Positions 15,067 to 22,131 of a DNA stretch of 38,233 nucleotides are shown piece after piece. Under the pieces are notes generated by a model that had not been told where the DNA came from, ran no database searches, and saw only the letters and a list, made by a program, of their open reading frames with translations. This stretch comes from Candidatus Saccharimonadales bacterium (lineage in GTDB: Bacteria > Patescibacteriota > Saccharimonadia > UBA4664 > SCTI01): assembly GCA_030150485.1 (NCBI GenBank), contig JASLFZ010000064.1, positions 1 to 38,233 of the forward strand, given 5' to 3'. A program made the translations under genes and the position numbers. Numbering within the stretch: the first letter of the stretch is position 1; every line of letters begins with the position of its first letter.

Positions 15067-15368
15067 ACCTTAACTTCAGCATCAACTTTAACCCCACCGC
15101 TGCCCGTAAGCTTATAGCACGCTATTATCGCGTAGTGATTGGCTTTGCGGTCTTAGTACTGGTCGGATTTACCGGTTATCAACTAAGCCGTGTTGTCGCC
15201 GTGCAGCCCGATGCTGCCTACCTAACGATCCAAGAGCAAACCGTCAGAACCCCCAGCCTGCGCTCCAGCAAAACCGTGCTCTTACAGCTCCAAAAACTTC
15301 AATCGGCCGGTAGTACCACCAATCCGGTTACCGTAGGCAAGCAAGATCCCTTCTCGCTCAGCAACTAG
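15063..15368 (+). CDS. Small single-pass membrane protein, last gene of the pilMNO operon (function unknown)
   Basis: The 101-aa product has a TM helix (VVIGFAVLVLVGFTGYQL) and the C-terminal motif GKQDPFSLSN. It has an ATGA overlap with pilO. Confidence 0.55.
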   Translation: MNLNFSINFNPTAARKLIARYYRVVIGFAVLVLVGFTGYQLSRVVAVQPDAAYLTIQEQTVRTPSLRSSKTVLLQLQKLQSAGSTTNPVTVGKQDPFSLSN

Positions 15369-15901
15369 CCTTCGGTCGGCACACCTTCGCCAATTGCCCG
15401 CTTGTGGCAGCTCATAATGCGCCCGGCCAGCGCTCTGGGGTTGGCCGCCTGGCGAAACACGAAGTTTTCTTCTTCACCAGCGGTCTCAATGGTAACGTCG
15501 CCAAAGTCTAACATGCTAGCCAGGATACCATCCTGTGAGGCCGAAACATCTTGCAAGCGCTCCAAGCTAAACTGCGAAACCTTGCGGCTAAACAAGCTGT
15601 TTTGGGTAACTTGATAGAGGTTTTTATCGGTCATGATAAGTCGGTTTTGGCGATAAATTACTAAGCTGATGTACGCCAGAAGGACGCCAAGTGCTAGGAG
15701 TGCGAGCAGTGCCACCACCGCTACCGGCATAGCGTTGGCCTGCTGAAGCTTATAGCCATCACGACCCAAAAAATAAAATCCGATTATAGCTACGAGGCTT
15801 ATGACTAAGAATGAGCTCATTAGTGGCACCACATTGATCCAATGCCGCCTTACCACCTCAACCACCGTTTCGTCCGCACCGATAATGTCTGCTCCGTCCA
15901 T
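15365..15901 (-). CDS. Membrane protein with bacterial PH domain (bPH_2 / YdbS-YdbT-like)
   Basis: The product has VVRRHWINVVPL..., then two TM helices, then IMTDKNLYQVTQNSLFSRKVSQFSLERLQDV...FGDVTIETAG, which is the typical bPH_2 layout. A GGAGGA SD lies 5 nt upstream. Confidence 0.7.
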   Translation of the reverse strand: MDGADIIGADETVVEVVRRHWINVVPLMSSFLVISLVAIIGFYFLGRDGYKLQQANAMPVAVVALLALLALGVLLAYISLVIYRQNRLIMTDKNLYQVTQNSLFSRKVSQFSLERLQDVSASQDGILASMLDFGDVTIETAGEEENFVFRQAANPRALAGRIMSCHKRAIGEGVPTEG

Positions 15902-15922
15902 GCGTCCTCCGTTTTGCTGGTA

Positions 15923-16381
15923 TTATACACGTTCTTTCGCGGCCTGAAGCCATTTTTCAACCTGAGCGTGCAGCTCATTGAGCCGGCTAATCGAAGCACT
16001 TAGTTCGTCGCGCTGCTGAAGCCAGACCGATTTGGCCAGCCGGGCCTTATGGGGCTGCACCGAAACTGTCGCACTACTGTCGGTTGTTGGATACGCTCCG
16101 CTCAAATCAGGATTACGCGCGACCATAAACCGTCGCCGATGAAGATGCCGCGTCACAACTTGATAGCGCTGTGTCGTGAGCGTGACCCAAAAACCCTGAA
16201 CCTCCCAGCGATACCGGATCTCATCGACTCCGTCCTTCTGCAGCACACTCAGGCTCGTGGGCGGTGCGCCTTCCAGCAGTGCGTCCTCTAGGTAAGCCTC
16301 GGCGGCATCGTAGCACCGGGGCAGCTGCAGCTCGTAGGTCGTCTCCCCCACCTTAACTGCACGATACAACACCGTTTTCAT
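15923..16381 (-). CDS. Hypothetical protein, translationally coupled to ruvB
   Basis: The 152-aa ORF has no motif I recognise. It has an ATGA overlap with the ruvB stop and a C-terminal predicted coiled coil ([26 protein letters not shown]). Confidence 0.6.
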   Translation of the reverse strand: MKTVLYRAVKVGETTYELQLPRCYDAAEAYLEDALLEGAPPTSLSVLQKDGVDEIRYRWEVQGFWVTLTTQRYQVVTRHLHRRRFMVARNPDLSGAYPTTDSSATVSVQPHKARLAKSVWLQQRDELSASISRLNELHAQVEKWLQAAKERV

Positions 16382-17415
16382 ACCAGCCGCTGTTGGGCCT
16401 CGGCAGGGTCGGGAGGCGGCTCCACACCCAAATGGAGGTAGGCTTTTGGCGTTACCTTGCGGCCACGATGAGTCCGCTCCAGCATGCCGATCTGCATCAG
16501 GTAAGGCTCATACACGTCCTCAATGGTGGTCTGCTCCTCACTGGTGAGCGCGGCAAGTGTCGCCAGCCCAACCGGGCCGCCGCGGTAGTTATCGATAATA
16601 GCCGCTAGCAAGCGGCGGTCAGCGGCGTCCAGCCCCAACGCATCAATCTCGAGCATCTCCAGCGCTTGCCGCGCGACCTTTGCGGTTACGTTGCCATCGT
16701 GCCGCACCTCGGCAAAGTCGCGCACTCGTTTCAGTAACCGGTTGGCAATTCTCGGCGTCAGCCGGCTGCGGAGCGCGATCTCTTTAGCGGCCTCTGTCTC
16801 AATGCTAATCCCTAAAATCCGGGCACTGCGCTGCAAAACCTGTACCATCTCGTCTAAGCTGTAAAACTCCAGCCGGTGCACCATGCCAAACCGATCGCGA
16901 AACGGCGCCCCCAGCGCCCCCGCTCTCGTGGTCGCCCCAATAATAGTGAACTTCGGCAGATCCAGCCGCATGCTTTTGGCGCTCGGCCCCTTGCCCAGCA
17001 TGATGTCGATAGCGTAGTCCTCCATCGCTGGGTACAACACCTCTTCTACCGTTTTAGGTAGCCGGTGGATCTCGTCGACAAACAAAATATCACCATCTTG
17101 AAGGTTAGTCAGAATCGAGGCCAAATCACCTGCCCGCTCAATTGCCGGCCCCGAGGTCACCCGTAAGTTTGTCCGCATTTCGGCCGCAATCACGCCGGCC
17201 ATGGTCGTCTTTCCGAGGCCTGGCGGTCCGTACAGCAAAATGTGGTCAACCGGTTCGGTCCGCGCCTGGGCCGCCTGAATCGCCAGCTGCAACGTATCCT
17301 TTAAGAGCTGCTGACCCACATAGGAGGCAAACGACCTCGGCCGCAGCGTCTCTTCCAACTGCTGCTCTACTGGATCGTTAGTCTCTTCGGCCGCTACCGT
17401 AACGCGTTCAATCAT
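16378..17415 (-). CDS. ruvB: Holliday junction branch-migration helicase RuvB
   Basis: [36 protein letters not shown] and the winged-helix C-terminus are present. Confidence 0.95.
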   Translation of the reverse strand: MIERVTVAAEETNDPVEQQLEETLRPRSFASYVGQQLLKDTLQLAIQAAQARTEPVDHILLYGPPGLGKTTMAGVIAAEMRTNLRVTSGPAIERAGDLASILTNLQDGDILFVDEIHRLPKTVEEVLYPAMEDYAIDIMLGKGPSAKSMRLDLPKFTIIGATTRAGALGAPFRDRFGMVHRLEFYSLDEMVQVLQRSARILGISIETEAAKEIALRSRLTPRIANRLLKRVRDFAEVRHDGNVTAKVARQALEMLEIDALGLDAADRRLLAAIIDNYRGGPVGLATLAALTSEEQTTIEDVYEPYLMQIGMLERTHRGRKVTPKAYLHLGVEPPPDPAEAQQRLV

Positions 17416-17463
17416 GACTCTATTTTAACACCTGACCGAGATAATGCGAACAAAAGGCGAAAG

Positions 17464-18039
17464 CTAGCTTACCTGCTTTAACGCCGCTTTTACCCTGGCC
17501 TGCTCCTCGGTAATGTCAGCGGGAATTCTGGCAACCGCTTCCGCCGCCTGCATGGTCGTATAGCCGAGCCCAATCAGAGCCTGGTAGGCTGGGTCGCCGC
17601 CCGTCGGTGCGGAGCCGCCGCCCTGATCTACCAAGCCAGGAACCTCCACCTTTCCTTTTAGCTCCACCATAATTCGCTCGGCGGTTTTTTTGCCGACACC
17701 CGCCACGCCTTTGAATACGTCCGCATCGCCACTCGCAATGGCCTGCTGCAACTGAGGCAAACTAGCCGCGCTTAAAATACCGAGCGCTACCTTTGGCCCG
17801 ACACCACTGATGCTGAGCAGCTGCTGGAAAAACCGCTTGCTCGGCAGGTTACTGAACCCGTACAGGTCGTGGGCGTCCTCCCGGATATGCTCGTAAATAT
17901 GCAGGCTGGTTTCCTCGCCAGTCAGCGCGCTACCATAATCGGCGGCGGCCACAATCACGGCATAGCCGACGCCGCCAACATCCAATACCAATCCGTTACT
18001 ATCTTTGCCGAGCACCACTCCACGTAGTTGAGCAATCAT
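17464..18039 (-). CDS. ruvA: Holliday junction DNA-binding protein RuvA
   Basis: MIAQLRGVV...VGGVGY, HhH motifs (ISGVGPKVAL, VAGVGKKTAERI) and C-terminal domain III are present. Confidence 0.9.
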   Translation of the reverse strand: MIAQLRGVVLGKDSNGLVLDVGGVGYAVIVAAADYGSALTGEETSLHIYEHIREDAHDLYGFSNLPSKRFFQQLLSISGVGPKVALGILSAASLPQLQQAIASGDADVFKGVAGVGKKTAERIMVELKGKVEVPGLVDQGGGSAPTGGDPAYQALIGLGYTTMQAAEAVARIPADITEEQARVKAALKQVS

Positions 18040-18068
18040 GCCTCTATTGTATCAGGTACTGGGGAGCC

Positions 18069-18551
18069 CTACTGAGCCACCCCAACCCCTTGGTTCGCGT
18101 GGGTAATCGCAATGGCAAGCCCGTCGGCGGCGTCATCCGGTTTGGGAATGCCGTCGAGGCCTAAAATCATCTTCACCATCTCTTGGACCTGTTTCTTATC
18201 GGCCTTCCCATACCCCGTCACCGCCTGCTTTACCTGAAGTGGGGTGTATTCTCCGATTGGCAGGTTGTACTCCGATGCGGCCAGCAGCACCACGCCGCGA
18301 GCCTGGCCAACGCTAATGGCGGTGGTGACGTTGGTCGCAAAATAGAGCAGCTCGATCGCCATACAATCTGGTTTATGGTGCGCGATTATTTCGTTGAGGC
18401 CAGCGTAAATTTCACTGAGACGGGCTGGCATGGCGTGTTCCGGCGGTGTCAAAATCACACCCGCATCAACAAACTTGAGCTTTCCGCCTAGCTTAGTAAT
18501 GACGCCGAACCCGGTTGTAGCGGTGCCGGGGTCGATGCCCAGGATTTTCAC
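18069..18551 (-). CDS. ruvC: Holliday junction resolvase RuvC
   Basis: MKILGIDPGTATTGFGVI... and the C-terminal DAADGLAIAITH catalytic acidic motif are present. Confidence 0.9.
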   Translation of the reverse strand: MKILGIDPGTATTGFGVITKLGGKLKFVDAGVILTPPEHAMPARLSEIYAGLNEIIAHHKPDCMAIELLYFATNVTTAISVGQARGVVLLAASEYNLPIGEYTPLQVKQAVTGYGKADKKQVQEMVKMILGLDGIPKPDDAADGLAIAITHANQGVGVAQ

Positions 18552-19294
18552 GCCGTCAGCTGCTCGGCTAACTCGTCGCTTAAATCAAAGTTGGCATGCG
18601 TGGCCGTGACGTCATCCATATCGTCAAGCGCGTCCATTAAGCGTAGCAACTGGCCAGCAACCTTAAGGTCTTCAATCACGATCGTCGTCTTAGGCACGTA
18701 GGCGAGCTCCGAGGACTCCACCGCGTAGCCAGCTGCTGTCAACTTGGTCTGCACCGCGTTAAGCTGGTTTGCAACGGTGTAAACGACCAGTTCATCATTA
18801 TCAACTTCCACGTCATCGGCGCCAGCCTCAATGGCGTCCAGCGTTGCTACCTCGATATCATCGGGACGCAAACGAATAACCCCTTTTTGATCAAACTGAT
18901 ACGCCACCGAACCGGCATCGGCCATTCGGCCACCGCTCTTACCCAGGGCCGTCCGCACATCCGGACCGGTACGGTTGCGGTTATCGGTTGCCGTCTCGAT
19001 AATAATAGCCGCTCCGCCAGGACCGTATCCCTCGTAGGTGATCTCCTCAATCTGATCGCCACCCAACTGGCCGGAACCACGCTTAATCGAGCGCTCGATG
19101 TTTGCCGCCGGCATGTTGGCGGCCTTGGCCTTTTGGATCGCTAGACGCAACGAAAAATTGGTGTCGGCATCGGGGCCACCCTTTTTAGCCGCTAGTGCAA
19201 TGGCGTTAGCAAGCTTGGTGAACGCCGCACCGCGCTTAGCATCGGCGGCCGCCTTTTGGTGCTTTATTGAGTGCCATTTTGAGTGTCCAGACAT
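18548..19294 (-). CDS. yebC: YebC/PmpR-family DNA-binding transcriptional regulator
   Basis: MSGHSKWHSIKHQKAAADAKRG... is the canonical YebC N-terminus. The yebC-ruvCAB order is conserved. Confidence 0.9.
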   Translation of the reverse strand: MSGHSKWHSIKHQKAAADAKRGAAFTKLANAIALAAKKGGPDADTNFSLRLAIQKAKAANMPAANIERSIKRGSGQLGGDQIEEITYEGYGPGGAAIIIETATDNRNRTGPDVRTALGKSGGRMADAGSVAYQFDQKGVIRLRPDDIEVATLDAIEAGADDVEVDNDELVVYTVANQLNAVQTKLTAAGYAVESSELAYVPKTTIVIEDLKVAGQLLRLMDALDDMDDVTATHANFDLSDELAEQLTA

Positions 19295-19339
19295 GTAGTT
19301 TCTCCGCTTGGGCAGGGTTAATAACTACATTATATCCTT

Positions 19340-20770
19340 TTAATCAGATATATGAAGGTGCCTCGAGGTCTCTAGCGAAGCAGCCTGGGGACTTTTGGCC
19401 GTCCGGTGCAGTACGATAACACCCGCCCCAATAAGTCCGTACATACCTGCCACCATTCCGGGGCTCGCGCTCAGGCTCAAATTAGCATGCGGCCAGCCAG
19501 CAAACCATTGAATCAGTCCGATCATGAGCCCCAAAAGACCGGCCGCCGGAAGAGCTGCCCACCCGGCTAATATGGGAAAAGCTATAGCAGCGCCGCCAGC
19601 CACAAAGCTGAGCAACATAGCCAGTGGCACCAACGGCAAGATAATCGCGTTGGTGAGCGGCGCAATAACCGAAAAATTACCAAACACCCCCAAAATTAAA
19701 GGGGCGGTTATGATTTGGGCGGCCAGTGACTCCACCAGGAGTAGCTTCAGCATTGTGGGCCGCTTAACAAATCGCCGCTCAAGCAGGGGCGCTAGCACGA
19801 CAATGCCCAGAAAAGCCAAAAAAGATAGCTGCCAACCGGCGTCATGCAATAAATAGGTGGGCCTCCAAGCGACCGTCAGCGCAGCCGGCAGCGCTACCAG
19901 CGTTAATGGCTTGGCTTCGTAGCCGTAGTAGGCCACCAGGAGCCCCAACGTGGAGACCATCGCCGCCCGCACAATTGACGCCCCAAACCCCGCCACCAGC
20001 ATAAATCCAAAAATCAGCCAGAGGCTCAGGGCGGTTATGGTGAAGGTTGATACGTGCGCCAGCAGGCGCCGGGCAGCCTGGATGATAATGGTGAGATTGT
20101 AACCAGAAACCGCAATGAGGTGAGACAGCCCCACCACATTAAGCGTCTGCTGCAACGGCTTATCAATCATTGCCCGCACCCCTACGAGCAGCCCCAAGCC
20201 AAACCCCGATAATGGCTCGGGCAGCGTCGCGCGCATGCCGGTAAAGAACCGCTGTCGCCACTGCTCCAGCCAACTCGTATGAGCCGACACTACTACCGTG
20301 GGCGCAAACGCAAGCTCGGCCGGAACCGACCCCACTCCGGGTGCCAGCTTGCCCGTCGCCTCCACTCTATACCCGCGCTGGAGCACCTTGTAGAAGGTTA
20401 GCACCTGCACGTTTTGGTGCATCGACCTGCCGTTTATTGTCACCTCTCCCAGGGTGAAGCTAACCTGATTTTTGGCATTAATGCTCGGGTCGTCACTCAC
20501 CACTCCCACCACCGTTACGGTATGCCCAAGCTGCGCCGCTAGCGGCGAATGGTCGAAGATGGTAGCTGCGCCGCGCCAAAGACCAAATGCCACTACAGCA
20601 AGAGCCATAAGCCCCAGGCGTAGGCGAAAAGCAATTAGGACTAGCGCCCCCAACAGTACCGTTACCACCCACGAAGTTGCGAGCCTTAACTGGCCAACCG
20701 CCACCCCCATCAGTAACGCTATCGTAAGAACAAGTATTTGGTTTGCTCTACCGCTCCGCCATATCTTCAT
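19340..20770 (-). CDS. comEC: ComEC/Rec2-family DNA internalisation channel protein (OB-fold/DUF4131 + competence domain; no metallo-beta-lactamase domain)
   Basis: The 476-aa polytopic membrane protein has an N-terminal OB-like segment (VTVVGVVSDDP...RVEATGKL) followed by the competence-domain TM bundle (LSHLIAVSGYNLTII). Its length is too short to include the C-terminal beta-lactamase domain. Confidence 0.8.
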   Translation of the reverse strand: MKIWRSGRANQILVLTIALLMGVAVGQLRLATSWVVTVLLGALVLIAFRLRLGLMALAVVAFGLWRGAATIFDHSPLAAQLGHTVTVVGVVSDDPSINAKNQVSFTLGEVTINGRSMHQNVQVLTFYKVLQRGYRVEATGKLAPGVGSVPAELAFAPTVVVSAHTSWLEQWRQRFFTGMRATLPEPLSGFGLGLLVGVRAMIDKPLQQTLNVVGLSHLIAVSGYNLTIIIQAARRLLAHVSTFTITALSLWLIFGFMLVAGFGASIVRAAMVSTLGLLVAYYGYEAKPLTLVALPAALTVAWRPTYLLHDAGWQLSFLAFLGIVVLAPLLERRFVKRPTMLKLLLVESLAAQIITAPLILGVFGNFSVIAPLTNAIILPLVPLAMLLSFVAGGAAIAFPILAGWAALPAAGLLGLMIGLIQWFAGWPHANLSLSASPGMVAGMYGLIGAGVIVLHRTAKSPQAASLETSRHLHISD

Positions 20771-20812
20771 ACTGCCAGTGTGGCAGGCTGAAGTTATAAA
20801 AAGATTAAATGG

Positions 20813-21073
20813 CTAGGCGGTAGGCTGCAAAGCCAAGATTGTATCGATAGCCTCTGGATCTACACCGATCACACCGTAGGCTTTGCCGTCAGCCGCCACG
20901 ATCTTGGTAACCGGCACACTACGCGTGCCGCTGATTGCAATTGATTCCTGCACTCGTTCCGGTTGCAGATCTAGCAGCACCTCTTCGTACTCCACTCCTT
21001 TATTAGCTAAGTGGTCCTTCACCTGCTTGCAGTACTTGCAGGTGGTTGTTGAAAAAACGGTAACCTGTGCCAT
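20813..21073 (-). CDS. Glutaredoxin-like small redoxin (NrdH/YruB-like)
   Basis: MAQVTVFSTTTCKYCKQVKDHLANKGVEYEEVLL...SVPV has a CxxC thioredoxin fold. The gene lies directly downstream of nrdB. The ATG at 21073 is preceded by AGGAGGG (21077-21083); the track's TTG at 21094 overlaps the nrdB end and is not preferred. Confidence 0.8.
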   Translation of the reverse strand: MAQVTVFSTTTCKYCKQVKDHLANKGVEYEEVLLDLQPERVQESIAISGTRSVPVTKIVAADGKAYGVIGVDPEAIDTILALQPTA

Positions 21074-21083
21074 ATTCCCTCCT

Positions 21084-22118
21084 TTACCAATCAAGATTGC
21101 CGCCGGTTTGATACTCGGTGACAGTAGTCTCGAAAAAGTTTTTTTCTTTCTTTAAGTCGATAATCTCACTCATCCAAGGAAACGGATTCTGTGAACCATA
21201 CACTTTGGGCAAACGAATCCGCTCAAGGCGTCGATCAGCAATATACTCTAGGTACTGCCGAATCAGGTCCTCATTTAAGCCGAGCAGAGGCTCTGGCAAA
21301 CAATCCTTGGCGTACTGGTGCTCTAGCTCCACCGCCTTGACAATATTCTCGGTGATTTCTTTCTGGAAAGCTGCGGTCCAGACGCTCGGGTTCTCGTCCA
21401 CAATACTGTTAATCAGATCCGAGCCAAACGCTAGGTGAACCGACTCGTCGCGCAGAATATACTCAAACTGAGTCCCTACGCCAATCATGCGGTTTTGACG
21501 CTTAAAGGAAAGCATCATCACGAAACCGGCATAGAAGAAGATTCCCTCCATAATCACGTAGTAGCCCACTAGGTCGTGGACATATCGCTGAATGTTCTCC
21601 GGACTGTTCACCTTAAACTCGTCGCTGAAGATGCTTTTCGTCATATCGACCACGTAATCATCTTTGGCGGCAATATTAGGAATGGTAAGGTACATTGAGT
21701 AAACCTCGTCTGGGTCAAGCCCCAGTGAGTCGCAGCAGTAGATAAAGGTATCGGTGTGTACCGCCTCTTCATAAGCCTGGCGTAGCAAATACTGACGACA
21801 CTCCGGGTTGGTGAGATGGCGGTAAACCGCTAGCACGATATTGTTTGCAGTCAGACTCTCCGCGGTCGAAAAGAAGCCCATATTCCAGAGGATCAGCCGA
21901 CGCTCAGCATCGCTCAGACCGCCCGGCTTCTTCCACAGCTCAATATCATCTTGCATCGGCACCTCTTCAGGTGTCCAGTTGTTGGCCACCCCCTTGCGAT
22001 AGTGAGAGCGCGCCCAGTTGTACTTAATAGGCAAGATTTTGTTTGGATCGGTGCCAGATGCATTGAGTAGTGTTTTATGAACTGCCGCTACCGGCACTGA
22101 AGGTTTTTGTTGTTCCAT
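21084..22118 (-). CDS. nrdB: Ribonucleotide reductase small subunit R2, class Ic-like (Phe at radical site)
   Basis: Ferritin-like diiron ligand motifs are present: FFSTAES (E87), EEAVH (E118, H121), IMEGIFFY and RDESVH. The residue at H+4 is Phe125 (codon 21744-21746) instead of the radical Tyr. The C-terminal tail reads ...TEYQTGGNLDW. Confidence 0.9.
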   Translation of the reverse strand: MEQQKPSVPVAAVHKTLLNASGTDPNKILPIKYNWARSHYRKGVANNWTPEEVPMQDDIELWKKPGGLSDAERRLILWNMGFFSTAESLTANNIVLAVYRHLTNPECRQYLLRQAYEEAVHTDTFIYCCDSLGLDPDEVYSMYLTIPNIAAKDDYVVDMTKSIFSDEFKVNSPENIQRYVHDLVGYYVIMEGIFFYAGFVMMLSFKRQNRMIGVGTQFEYILRDESVHLAFGSDLINSIVDENPSVWTAAFQKEITENIVKAVELEHQYAKDCLPEPLLGLNEDLIRQYLEYIADRRLERIRLPKVYGSQNPFPWMSEIIDLKKEKNFFETTVTEYQTGGNLDW

Positions 22119-22131
22119 AGATTTCCCCTTA

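Noticed and set aside
20772-20786. Hairpin CTGCCA-GTG-TGGCAG between the glutaredoxin-like gene and comEC, considered as a terminator
   Set aside because: The stem is only 6 bp, there is no U tract, and it abuts the comEC ATG. Support is insufficient.
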